Shown: positions 11,936-23,968 of the stretch, one piece after another | Layout: each line of letters starts with the position of its first letter | How positions within the stretch are numbered: position 1 is the first letter of the stretch | Assembly (NCBI RefSeq): GCF_036321535.1 | Contig: NC_087437.1 | Span: 59,646,001 to 59,710,000, forward strand | From: Camelus dromedarius | Lineage: Eukaryota | Direction of reading: 5' to 3' | Length of the DNA stretch: 64,000 nucleotides | Position numbers and translations under genes: made by a program | The notes under the pieces: model-generated | Seen by the model: the letters and a program-made list of their open reading frames with translations, nothing else | The model's database searches: none | What the model was told of the DNA's origin: nothing

Positions 11936-13534
11936 CCTGGCTCAGACCACCAGACAAGCCTGCCCTCAGTAGCTTCAGGGGCCCCCTGTCCCTGTACTCC
12001 ACAAAGAAATGAAAGGGAGGTGCCCGCGCATCTGTTCATTCTTAAACAAATTCAGTAAACTGTGAGCTGCTGGCTTGGTTCTTGGTGGGGTGGAGGGAGG
12101 GCACCCAGTGTTGAGATAAGATCTCTGCTCCCCCAAGTCTGGCAGAGGCTACAGTATCCACACACAACACTACGACTTAGGGAAGGTTGTTGGGAATGGC
12201 CTCAGAGGGCAAGCAGAGGGATGAAGAAAGCCAGCTCCCTGTCCCCGCTGCCCTGGATGAGAAGGAGCCATGCAGTGGTAACCCCTGGAGTGTAAATCCC
12301 CCAAGTTCATTTAGCTCAGTCGTGCACAGTGAACAAGGGTGTGTCTGACCTTTAGGAAATGTACAGCATGAAATGGGCAGGACAACTGGAAAGCCTCCTA
12401 GATTTCTTCAATCTTGGCATCCACCTTCTCCCAATTCCCTCACGGTAATCAGGGTCACCCAACATCTGCTGAACGACCTCTGGCTTCCCAGAAGGGACAG
12501 CAAGTGAGGGGACCAAGGCTCTGTTGGTGTTTTCTGAAAAATCTGCTTATGAATTATTGGGTTAGAGGAGGACACTCATGCTCCTTGGGTCTCCTGAAAC
12601 CTCTTGTCATGATGTGCCCTTGCTGGGCGTGACCAAACCCAAGGCTTCTGAGAGTGTCCTGGGCCCTGGCAGAGCCCCTGGTCCTGACACCAAGGGCCTT
12701 GAGGTGACAAGGATGCCATAACTTTCCTGTGTGGAAAAAAAAAAGGGTTCTGTTGGAACATGACTACTCATAGTTAAATGCTTTAGAAGGAAAACAGAAC
12801 ATTTCACCCTCTCCCCTTCTGTGATGTTTGCTTTGGAGCTAAGGTTTGGGGTGTAGGTTTCTGGCTCTGTGGCAGGTTGTGTCCCTGCAGGGACAGTGAC
12901 GTGATGATGTGGAAACTGCCTTTATAAATGGCTCATGGTCATGGCCCTGGGAGAGCACGGCGTCTGCCTGCATGTCTGGGCTGGAGAATCCATCAGGGCT
13001 GTGCCATGACGCCCGTGGCTGAGAATGCACTGTCATGTCATGGCCCCGGCGGATGGCAGGAAGGGCACAGGCTGAGCTGGAAATCTGCACATCCCATGGT
13101 GCTGAATGGGATATGCTGGCTTGCCTCTTAGGGGGCTTCTCTCTCCCAAGAGTTTCAAATGTCTTAATCCACAGTAATTTTCCAAGCCTCCTAATACTCC
13201 TTTGAAGGGATACCCCAGATCATGTTGTCACCCTCTCGGCAGATGGCCCCCTCTCCTCTTTGACCCCCGACTCATGGTACGATCCAGATATTCCCCAGGC
13301 TCCAGTTGGCAAGGTGAGAAAGCAGCCACCCTAGACCGGGCTTTGCGGCCCCCATAGTAGAAATGGAATGGAGGGCTCAGGACCTGGAGTCCTCCAGCTT
13401 CAGACAGGAGATAATCTCTGCTTCCAAAGGCCCAGGAATCTCAGGATGGAGGGACCCCCCCCCCCATAGGTGATCTGGCTTATTCTCTCCCACATGCCAT
13501 CTAGTGCCCTCTGTGATGTCATCTGCCATTTTTT

Positions 13535-13750
13535 CAAGACTTACTAAATGCCAGACACTGTACTGGCTGGTTTTTCCATGGAGTATTTCACTTGTAACAA
13601 CATGATAAACTTGCAATTTTTAATTCTGTTTTCAAATGAGGGAAACTGGGACTCGGAGAGGTTACAATATTTGCCTTGCTCAATGTCACACTATCACTAA
13701 AAGGCATTGACAAGTATTAGACTCCATAGCCACCTGATTCCAAATTTCAT
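13535..13750 (-). mobile_element. MIR SINE
   Basis: TTTTCAAATGAGGGAAACTGGGACTCGGAGAGGTTACAATATTTGCC. Confidence 0.7.
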
Positions 13751-13794
13751 ATTGTCTTTTTGTGCTGTTTCTCTCTGCAGTTCCCCCAAACATT

Positions 13795-13900
13795 GGTCTA
13801 GAACACCTCCAGTGACGGGGAACTCACTACGTCCTGAGGATGCCCATTCCACCTCTGTGCTCCTTATAATGAGCGGAAGTCCTTCTACCTGGTCCCCTAC
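13795..13900 (-). mobile_element. L3/CR1 fragment
   Basis: GAACACCTCCAGTGACGGGGAACTCACTACGTCC...CCCATTCCA, antisense CR1 3' motif. Confidence 0.6.
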
Positions 13901-14019
13901 CTGGTCCTAATTCTAACACCTGGGGCCTCAAAAAATTTCTGTGCTCTCTGGCCTCATGGCAGCCTCCAAATGTTTGAGGAAGGCTCTCAGTCCCCATAGG
14001 GCTTGTGGTAATCCCTATT

Positions 14020-16030
14020 ATAATTTAAAAAAACACAACTATATCTTGATTTTTGCTTACCTATTGCTGCCCTTTATTTGGGACTAGGAATTCAGCACAT
14101 TGACACCACCTCCCACCTCTCCACACCACTTTACCTCCTAATTTGCTTACTTATATTAATCTTTTTTGTTCTTTCAGTGGTAACTTTTATTACTATCAGC
14201 AATCTACCTAAAAATCTGTCTGGATTTATTCACTTTATGCAGCATTCATTAACTCCCTGCTATGAAAGTTGACAGAAGCAGTGGACCTCTCTTTCCTACC
14301 TCTCTCTAACTCTCAATTTTATTATACATATAGTTAAATTATTTATATATATTTATTTATTTATAATTTCAAGGTTTATAACATTTATACTCTGTTCTGT
14401 AGCTATAAGTAAGTGTTCCACATTTTGTCCATAGGGTAATTCTCAAGGCTGAAACCAGTAAAGAGCAAGCACTGTGACCCTATGAACACTGTTCGCTGAG
14501 GCCTGGGTCTACAGAGAAGATGACAGTGTACTCATGGTCGTGTGCCTTGGATGGTCTAAGAGGCTTTCCTATGAAGCAACAAGTCTAGCGGAGACTCATC
14601 ATGTCCTTTCAGCTTGTGTCACTTCTTCTGGATCAGTTTCAGCTGTACTTTTCCTTGGCTCTCATATTATCTTCTTTTTTAAATTCCTTTTCAGTTTTGC
14701 TAGAGTGTTTCCTCAAAGTTTGTTTTCACTTAGGGTGTATGCTTACCAGTCACCACTGGTGGTAGGTTGAAATATGGCTTCCAGAGAGACATCCGTATCC
14801 TCATCCTGTGAACCTGTAAATGTTACCTTATATGGCAAAATGGGGGTCTTTGCAGATGTAATCAAGTTAAGGATTTTGAGATGGGGAGATTGTCCAAATG
14901 TGCCCTGGATGCAATCATAGGAGTCCTTATAAGAGAGAAGCAGATGGAGATATCTCACAGACATAGAGCAGAAGGAGATATGAAGGTGGAACAGAGACAG
15001 ACTTGAAGATGCGAGCCTCGAAGGCTAGAGTGATGCTGTCATGAACAAAGGTGTGCCAGCTACTGTCAGAAGCTGGAAGGGGGAAAGAAGGATTATCTCC
15101 TACAACCAGAAGGAGTGCAGCCCTACCAATGATACTGATTTCAGACTTCTGTCCTCCAGAACAGTGAAAGAATCATTTTTTGGTTTTTTTAGGCCATCAA
15201 GTTTGTGGTCATTTGTTACACCAGCCACAGGAAACTAATATGATAATACTGTAATTTCTCCCATCTCTAAAGATGACTATTTGGGGTGCCACCCTCTTGT
15301 TGACAGTTTGGCTGAGTGTAAAATTCTATATTCTATACTCAAAACTGTTTTTTCTTCAGAACTTTGAGGACATTACACCGTGGGCTTCTAGCATCCTTGT
15401 AGCATCGCTGATGAGACGAAGTCTCATGTCAGTCTGAATCTTGTTACTTTCGGGGTGCCAATTTTCCCTTGCTCTGTAAGTTTTTATACATTTTATTTCA
15501 TCCTTAGCATTCTGTCATTCCATAAGAATGTGTTTGGATGTTGGTCTTTGGTTTATAAATCCTTCTTGGCACTCTGTCGACTGTTTCAATCTGAAGATAT
15601 CTGCTTTCTTCAGTTCAGGAGATGTTTCTTCTATTTTTTTAAATGTCTGTTGTCTATTAAAACTCCTATTGGACAGATTACAAACCTTCTGATTTATCTT
15701 CCATGTCACCTGACTTTTCTCTATTTTATCTTCTTGTACTTTTACTCTATATTCTGGAGATTCTCTCCAAATTACCAGTTTGGTTCTCAATCTTGTCCAT
15801 TACATTATTCAGCTTATCCCATTGAATTTTTAATTGTATCAATCATGCTTTGAATTTCTACAAGGTCTTTGCTCTTCTCAGATGACTTTTCACATCTGAG
15901 AAACAAGTCTACTTCTGTTTTATGGAGGCATTATCTTAATCTCTCTGAATGCCATGACAATTTTTTAAAAATATTCTTAATGATTTATTGAATTATGTCT
16001 GACTTTTCTAGGGTTAGCTGGCCCTTACTG
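14020..16030 (-). mobile_element. Old L1 (L1ME/L1M5-type) fragments, interrupted by an MLT1D-like LTR
   Basis: T-rich strand-biased sequence with decayed L1 motifs such as TTGACAGTTTGGCTGAGTGTAAAATTCTA...TTCAGAACTTTGAGGACATTAC. Confidence 0.6.
14757..15242 (+). mobile_element. MaLR solo LTR, MLT1D-like
   Basis: GAACCTGTAAATGTTACCTTATATGGCAAAA...CTTTGCAGATGTAATCAAGTTAAGGATTTTGAGATGGGGAGATT; ends TTTGTTACACCAGCCACAGGAAACTAATA. Confidence 0.9.
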
Positions 16031-16399
16031 ATGACTTTAGCATCCCTCATACATCAAGAGGAAGTAGGCAGGAGGGTGTGTATCCAGGAAACACACGAAT
16101 CTCAGAACAGAGGGTCCTGTATAGTTTGGAAACTATACATATCCACAAAGAGATAAACAGACCCCACAGTTTGCAAAAACTCCATAGATGGTTCTGTTAC
16201 AAGTCACATCCTACCCCTCCACCTATACATCAACACCAACCCCACACTTTGATTGAGAACTGGTGGGCCAGATCAGCAAGTCTCAATCTTGGAGGAACAT
16301 TAAAATGAACTAGAGAACTTCTAAAAATTACCTGGATCTGGGAACCCCCAGGTAAAGCTGGCGTGCATTTAAGGTTGTGAATAATCAGAATAAACTACC

Positions 16400-16565
16400 T
16401 CTAAGGCCTCTGCTTTGGTAACTGGTCCATGAATCAGTAGTATCAGCATCACCTGGGAACTTGCTGGAACTACAGACCCTCAGGACTCCCCACAGACGTT
16501 CTGAATCAGAATCTGCATTTAAACAAGATTGTCAGTGATTGATAAGTAAAGTTTGAGGAGCACTG
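16400..16565 (+). mobile_element. MER5A-like hAT-Charlie DNA transposon
   Basis: CAGCATCACCTGGGAACTTG...TCTGAATCAGAATCTGCATTTAAACAAGAT...AAAGTTTGAGGAGCACTG. Confidence 0.85.
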
Positions 16566-17610
16566 TTTATAAGAGATCACAAGGCAGAGTGGTGGATTTG
16601 GGTGTGACTTCCAGAGCCCAAGTGAAAGCCCAACTCTGTCCCGGAACTAACTCATGGGCACATTACAGTTAGAGCCGCGTGGTTAGAGAGCACTTAGCAC
16701 AGTGCCTGGCTGGTGGCAGAGGCTCAATAAAGGTTGTTTCTTCCCTCATCTACTTCTTCTAAGATTCTTTCCCAGGTCTGAGATTCTTTAGCAGGAATGT
16801 TTCACCTATGCCTCCATTTCTCTCCTGTCTGTAAAGCATCTGATTAATCACACTCTTTGATATTTCCTTTCTCCAGTCTGATCAGAGCTCTACCAGCAAG
16901 TCACTCTTTCTAGCACAGTCTCAAATGATGGCTTCTGGTCTCACTTGTAAAATTTAATAGCAAAATGCTTTTGATATGCAAGCTTCTTTGAAGTCGACCC
17001 AATCTATATTCCAAAGCTAAAAAGATATTCTGCATGGTGGCTCTTTCCCGTATGAACCTGGAGTGTCAGTTGAAAAGACAGCTGTGTTCTCTGCTCTGCT
17101 AGTTCCATTTTCCCGGACTCCATTTGGAATTTTCTGGAGAAGCATGGGAAATCAATTCTGTGTCAGCAGATGATGACATCACCCTGCAGCTGTGATTCAT
17201 ATCGAGGGCACCTTTGATTCGCAACCAACTTTATGGAGCTCACAATGCTTCATAGGAGTTTCTAATTTGCCCTCACTACCTAATCCCTCCCCCACAAACA
17301 CCACCACTCAAAGCCTAGGTTAGAGGTAGCAGTGTCTGTCTCTGCTCTACAAATGGGAAAACAGATGCAGAGAGGCTGGGACACTCTCCAAAGAAGACAC
17401 ACACAGTCTTGATCCTATATCTTCTTAACCAGATTCAGGGTCCCAAGAAAACTAGAATAAATCCTGCCCGTTGAAGCTGCTAACCATCAAGGCTGGAGGT
17501 AATTGACCAGCCAGTATCCCGTCCCCAAAGATTCAGGCACTTGAGAAGTCACCATCTGCAGCTGGTTAAAGCAAACCATCAGGTGGCCCTTCCTAGGAAA
17601 AGCTAACTGC

Positions 17611-17628
17611 CCTCTCTCTCTCTCTCTC
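17611..17628. repeat. (CT)n microsatellite
   Basis: Seen directly. Confidence 0.9.
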
Positions 17629-17932
17629 TGCTCTCCTCCCTACAATATCTCAGGGGGCACTCCATTTCCCAACCCACGCACCTGAGAGCTTGGCTCACGC
17701 AGGGGTGCCAGATCACTTGTGACACTTGCCCAGGGATGCTGAAAAGGTTCATGCAAGTGTGTGCTCATATCAGGCCTGCTCTCTGTCTACCTCTGTCTCT
17801 GTCTGCCTGTCTGCCTCTTATACACACACTGAGGAATATCCTAGAACTCTTCTCAACAGCTCTTCTTTGGGACTTGAGGGCTTCCCTGTTGATAAAACTG
17901 CAACTAGGAAAAGCCAATGCACTGCTACGTTG

Positions 17933-18080
17933 CAGTGTGTTCCTAAGATTTTCGTGATCACACACATCTCCTGGGAGGTCTTGTTAAATTAACGTCAGCT
18001 TCTGATTCAGTAGGTCTACAGTGGGGTCTGAGATTTTGAGTTTCGAAGCTACTGGTCCATGAGCCACGCTTTGAATAGCC
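17933..18080 (-). mobile_element. MER5-type hAT-Charlie fragment
   Basis: CTTCTGATTCAGTAGGTCTACAGTGGGGTCTGAGATT...CTGGTCCATGAGCCACGCTTTGAATAGC. Confidence 0.75.
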
Positions 18081-18289
18081 AGAGATTAAAATGGCTGTCC
18101 CATGTTGAGGGGCTCTTTGGGAGCAACTGGAGGAGACAGAAGTAGCCAGGGAAGGAGGGCCTGCAGGGGTGCTGCCTGCTGAGGATGGACACCCAGGAGG
18201 CCTGTGACCTCTCACGATCCTGCCGTTGTGTCTAACTGATCAGTTCAGAAGGCGGTTACTAAAGGAATGGCACTGATTTATTCAGCAAA

Positions 18290-18955
18290 GCTTATCAATA
18301 AGTCAAATGAAAAACTATATGCATATATCAATAAATACTGTTAAGACATTTGATAAAACTCACATTAAGTCCTGAAAAAGGAAAAAAAAGAGTATTTCTT
18401 TTATATGATTAAGAATATCTTTCTTAAACCAACTTCAAGCATAATACCTAATGGCAAGAGTCTTACAAGCCATCTTATTAAATCAAGGACAGACAAGAAT
18501 GTTTACTATCATGACTATTAATTCACACTCTTTTAAAATTGCGGGCCAAGGTGTATGAAACCAGAAATAAGAAGTATAGCTATAGAAAAGGAAGAGGAAA
18601 CAATTATCATAATTTGCAGATGGTTTAATTATCCACCCACAAAATCCAAGATTCATCTGAAAAATTTTAGCATTAGTAAGAAAGTTCAATAAAGTAGTGG
18701 AATGCAAAGGAAACACAAAAAGTAATAACTTTCATACATAGCTTGCCAACAATCAGTTAGGAAATACATGGAGGAAAGTTCCTTTCACATATGACAAACA
18801 TAAGAGAAGTATGTAGAAATTAACTTAATAATTAAAGTGCAAGCTATCAATAAAATATAAAACCTTATAAAGTGCCATAAATGACTTGGATACACAGTGA
18901 GACATACCATGCTTCTCAATGGGAATATTAATCCTTGACTGTTGATCATATTTAA
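18290..18955 (+). mobile_element. Decayed L1 ORF2 (reverse-transcriptase region), L1ME-type
   Basis: Remnants of HMIISIDAEKAFDKI (18315-18360) and LSLFADDMI (CAATTATCATAATTTGCAGATGGTTTAATT); many stops and frameshifts. Confidence 0.75.
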
Positions 18956-19799
18956 GGGTGAAGCAGGAAGATGCTGACACAAAGTGCTGAGTGCATGTGT
19001 GGCTTGCTGGCCTCACTGTAAGGTAAGGTGTTAGGCCATTTCATGGAAAATTCCTGATACTCTTATCTTTAGGGATTGCCCTGGAGAAGATTCAACAACC
19101 TCCTGCCTAGAGTGCATTCATCCGGCTAGCCGTGTTCTGGGAGCTAAATGTCTCCACAGTCATCATCTAAACTTTCACATACTCCTCCTGTTTTCAACTC
19201 AGCACCCTTGCTGTCGGCTGGGCCTGGGGTTCCCCAGTCCAGCACCCTTTGCGTTACCCTTTCCCGAAATAGAGCAGCAGTCTTCAGAAAGGGCCCAGAC
19301 TGTGTCTGCATGGAGTGGAGGGAGGTGGTCCTGGGCTCTATCTGCTTTTTAAATCGTCTTGCAGCAGGTCTTCCTCTTTTGAATGCTACGTTGCTCTCAC
19401 TCACAGAGCCAGTGCAATGTTGCTGAGCACCACGCAGAATCCCCCAGTTGGGTTCTTTCTCAACTTTCCCCACTACTGACTTAGTATTCAGCTTTAATGT
19501 GTCTGCTAAGTCAGTTACCACCGTCTTGCTGCTTCTCAGCTTCCAAATTTAGTTGTTGTTGCCTCTTCTCCTGTGTTATTTATGCATTTACACTTTAAAA
19601 AAAATCCAGTATGTTGTTTTCAATATTACCAGATAGCAATCAACTCAGGAGCCCAGATGGAAAAAAAACCCTAATATGGCCTGCATATGTTATAGTGCAA
19701 ATCCATTTCCAAGAAAAAAGGAGGGGCTCGAAGGGGGAGAGCATCCAGTTTAGGGCTTAGGGGAGGGGAGCATGGGATTTTGTTTCTCTTAAAATATCT

Positions 19800-20480
19800 T
19801 TTTAGAGGTAAATTGGTATATCTCCTTTGTGTAGCAAGTTAGTGCTAAGTGTCACAAATCTTGAAAGTATTGAAACTCTTTAACCAAATAATCCCACCAT
19901 GTGAATCTATTCCTAATGACCAATTTAAAAACTTCAGAGGTACAAACTATCAGGTGTAAAATAAGCTACAAGGATATATTGTACAACACGGGGGATATAG
20001 TCAATATTTTATAATAACTATAAATGGAGTATAACCTTTAAAAATTGTGAATCACTATATTGTACACCTGTAACATATAATATTGTACACCAACTATACT
20101 TCAATTTAAAAATAATAATAAATAAAATAAAATCTTGAATAAACTTCATGAACAAAGGTGTTCATCAAACCATGTTTATTTTATGATCATGAAAAAAATG
20201 GAGATAATTTAAATGTCCAACAGTAGGGGAAGGTTTAAGCCTACAAAACTTCCACTTGGTGAAATCATTAAAAATGATGTTTATCAAGAGTAATAAAATA
20301 ATGGAAAATATTTACGTTAAACAAAAAAAATCAAGATAAAATTAAATATGTATTATCCTCAAAAATATGTAAAATAAAATTTTAAAAAACTTTGCCTAGA
20401 AAAGGAGTGAAAAGAAATACCCCAAAATGTTAACACTGAGTTCCAATTTCTTCTTCCTTTTTACTTTTCTATAATGAGCA
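19800..20480 (+). mobile_element. Old L1 3' region (L1MC/ME-like), host of a younger L1 tail
   Basis: AAATTGGTATATCTCCTTTG...CTTTAACCAAATAATCCCAC...AAATGTCCAACAGTAGGGGA. Confidence 0.6.
19937..20133 (+). mobile_element. 5'-truncated younger L1 3' UTR with A-rich tail (cetartiodactyl-type)
   Basis: GAGGTACAAACTATCAGGTGTAAAATAAGCTACAAGGATATATTGTACAACACGGGG...CAACTATACTTCAATTTAAAAATAATAAATAAATAAAATAAAA. Confidence 0.85.
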
Positions 20481-20489
20481 AATGTTTCT

Positions 20490-21370
20490 TTAATAGCAGT
20501 TTTACTGAGATATAATTCACATATCATACAATTTACTCATTAAACCTGTACAACTTGATAGTTTTTAGTATATTCACAGAAATGTGTAACAAGCACCACA
20601 CTCAATTTTAGAACATTTTCATTATGTCAAAAAAGAAAAACAAAACAAAACTTTGTACATTTACGCTATTACTCTGCAATCCCCCAACCCCTACTTTCAG
20701 CCCTAAGCAACCACAAATCTACTATCTATTTGCCTATTCTGGGCTGGAAGCGTATAATGTGTGGTCTTTTGTGACTGGTTCCTTTCATTTAGCGTAATGT
20801 TTCTAAGGCACACCCATGGTACAGCATGTATCAGCGCTTCATTCTTGTCATGGCTGAATATCATTTCATTGTACAGATGTATCTTATTTTGCTTATCCAT
20901 TCGACATTTGAGTTGTTTCTATCTTTTGGCTACTATGAATGATGATGCTATAAGCTTTCATATTCGTGTTAACATATGTTTTCATTTCTTTTGGGTATAT
21001 ACCGAAATCAAATTGCTGGATTATTTCGTAAGTCTGTTTAACCATTTGAGGAAATGTCAGATTGTTTTAGAAAATGACTGCACAATTTTACGTTCCCACC
21101 AGTAAGTGTATTATGTTTCCAATTTCTCCACATCCCCACTAACATTTGTTATTTTGTTTTTTTATTATAGCCATCCTGGTGTCTTTTTGATTATAGCAAA
21201 CTGGTATCTCACTGTGGTTTGGATTTTCATTTCCCTGATGGATAATGACATTAACCATCTTTTCAGGTGCTTATTGGCCATTTGTATATCTTCTTAGGAG
21301 AAATGTCTATTGAAGTCCCTTGACAACTTTTGTTTTGGATCATCTCTTTATTCTTGAGTTGTATTTCCTC
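20490..21370 (-). mobile_element. L1MB-type 3' end and ORF2 C-terminal remnant
   Basis: TTTACTGAGATATAATTCACATATCATACAATTTAC...; ORF 20703..20900(-) resembles the decayed ORF2 C-terminus. Confidence 0.85.
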
Positions 21371-21499
21371 CTGCTTTGGTGTTGTTATTTTCCACTAGAC
21401 ATTTTTTATAGACACTCCTTTGATCTTTTAACAAATCAGTCACCCCAGGTCAACTTTTCACATGCTTTCCAGGTATTTTTCTTTAAAAATGTCATTCTC

Positions 21500-22080
21500 C
21501 AGGCAGGGACTAATTGTAGAGGATATTTGTCTGGTGATTGCTGCTGTTTTGACAGCCCAGCCTCTGGACCCCTTTGGTAGGAAGGAGAGCCCTCCTCCCA
21601 CTGTGGAGTCAGGGAGACCAGGTTTGTGTTTTTCCAGCCTCCCTGACCACAAGGGCAGGACTACATGGTTTGGACTCCACCAATCAGATTCAACTGCCTC
21701 AGACATAAGCCAGGATCTGATGATGAAAAACAATAGGACCTATAGAAAAAGCATTCCAATGATGGCAGAATCTGTGATTGTGATAGCCAGTGCTGCGGAA
21801 AGGGGCAGCAAGAGCAGCAGAACCAACAGGAACTAATGCTCAGCATCCCGGGGTGGTGATGGTGGTGGGGTGGGAGGAATGCCCGCTGAAGCTTTGTGTT
21901 TCCCAGTAGATGTGACAACAGCATCTTCCCCAGCCTGGTTCTGGGCTGCAGTTTGGCTGTGAAACTGAGCCCTGCTAACCTTCTATGTACTGGCCTATTT
22001 TCTAAGCTCATAAGTTCCCTTTGGTTGAAATTAGCATAACGGCTTTCCACTGTTGCAACTAAGAAGCTTGATTAGCTGAA
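21500..22080 (+). mobile_element. ERVL-type LTR (LTR33-like)
   Basis: TTTCCAGCCTCCCTG...CTCCACCAATCAGAT; 3' end AAGTTCCCTTTGG...TGTTGCAACTAAGAAGC. Confidence 0.55.
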
Positions 22081-22516
22081 GATGATGTTCCTCGTCCTGA
22101 AAAGTGCCTCTTTTATAATTGACTCATGTGCAATAGAACATCTAGACTTCAATAAGATGACAAAAACCTGGGATTGGATAAAGAATGAGAAGTTTAAACA
22201 GATGTTGTGCCTTGACTGATCCCTAGCAAAATACTCTAGTTGTCAAAGCAACCACTGCAGACAACAGAGCATCCAACATAGACAAAACCAGGTTGAGAAG
22301 AGATTTACTGTTTTACAGAACAAACACAGAGAAACAAAAGAAAGTCTAGTTAAGGTGGTACAAAGTCCTGATTTATAAATTTTAAACATGACCTTCATAG
22401 TACCAGGAAATAACCAGCTCCATGGCCCAGTTAACTAAATTCTGGTATCACCTGGGTACATTAGAGACAAAACTCATTTCCATGACTCTCAGTAGGAGTC
22501 TGCTTTTTATACTGAC

Positions 22517-23056
22517 TCTGGTAGCCAGCCTTCAAAATAGTCCCTAATGATCCTAACCTCCTGATAGTCAAGCCCTTGTGTAGTCTCTTCTGAATTGAAT
22601 CAGCTGGTCTAGGTGGGGAATAGAAAACGGCAGAATGTGACAATGTGTCACATCAAAGACTGGGACATAAAAGGCATGGCAGCTTCCTCCTTGGCCTTTT
22701 GGATCACTCACCCTTGGGAAGCCAGCCACCATGTCAGGAGGACACTCAAGCAGCCCTGTGGAGGGACCCACATGGAGAGGAACGGGGGCTCCCACAAACA
22801 GCTGGCACCCACTTTCCAGTCACGAGAGGGAGTCACCTCGCAAGTGGATCCTCCAGCATCTGACAGACCTTCAGATGACTGTGGCCCTGGCTGATATCTG
22901 ACTGCAACCTTGGGAGAGACCCTGAGCCAGAACTGCTCCGCCAACCTGCTCCTGACTTCCTGACCTAGAGAAACCATGAGAGATAGTAAATGATTATTGC
23001 TGTTCTGAGTTCTAAGGTTTGAGTGATTTGTTATGCAGCAATGCATAAATAATACA
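22517..23056 (+). mobile_element. MaLR solo LTR, MLT1F-like
   Basis: TGGTAGCCAGCCTTCAAAATAGTCCCTAATGATCC...GGGAAGCCAGCCACCATGTCAGGAGGACACTCAAGCAGCCC...TTTGTTATGCAGCAATGCATAAATAATACA. Confidence 0.9.
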
Positions 23057-23916
23057 TCCACTAATAGTCCATACACTTCCTCTCTAGTTTGAGAACTCAA
23101 TAAATTCCACTGTGTGGGCAATGGGGACACTTCAATTACCACTCTGAGCAATTTGCGTATTTAAGAACACCGTTTTTCCAGTGTGGTGTATCTTTCCACA
23201 GAACTGGAATTTTCCTGCCCAATGAGAAATTTTTTAAAGAAAATCTGACCATTTCCCATATATGTGTTGCTGGAGATGTTTTTGGGGGGGGATTTCTCTC
23301 CTTTCGAAAGAACTCGGGTATGCAGAGTGCTTCCTGGTTAGTGCTGGAACTGAGGGGTGCTATAAAAAGAGATAGCTACGGGAATTGGGGTAAATGTTAA
23401 GAGTGAAGGCCACAGATTAATGGGTCAGGATCTCAGGCCTGGCCAGGACCCAAGGTGCCCAGACATCCAGACAGCACCATGAATCTCTGTCTCAAGGGCC
23501 CTGAATCTGCTTCAATTCCTAAGCCACAGCAATCTAATAAAATCCTTTCTTAGCCCATTACTACACACCTTAAGCCTGTGTTGGCCAAAGATGTTAGATT
23601 CTTTACACTGAAACAACTCCTCATCCCCAGCCTGAAGAAGCCTTTTTACCCAGAAAAAAATATTTTTAAAACTCCTAATCTCTGCCAACACAACACTTAG
23701 AAAAATGTCAACAATGACTAAGCATGTCTTATTCCGTCCTCAAGTAGTTGTGCAAATTGGCAGGCAAAAACTGTAATTAACAAGCAAATCAATCAACAAA
23801 TATGTATTTTGTTTTTATAAATGGACCAGTTTAGCAATGCTCTAGACCTGGCAAAGCATCTTCTTTTACCCGATAATCGCACCTCCACTACCCACTCCCA
23901 TGCACACACCTAACAC

Positions 23917-23968
23917 TTTGTGATCATTTGCAAAATAAACATTTTTTGATCATTTGCAAAATAAACAA
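23917..23968. repeat. 26-bp tandem duplication
   Basis: TGATCATTTGCAAAATAAACA occurs at 23921-23941 and 23947-23967. Confidence 0.9.
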
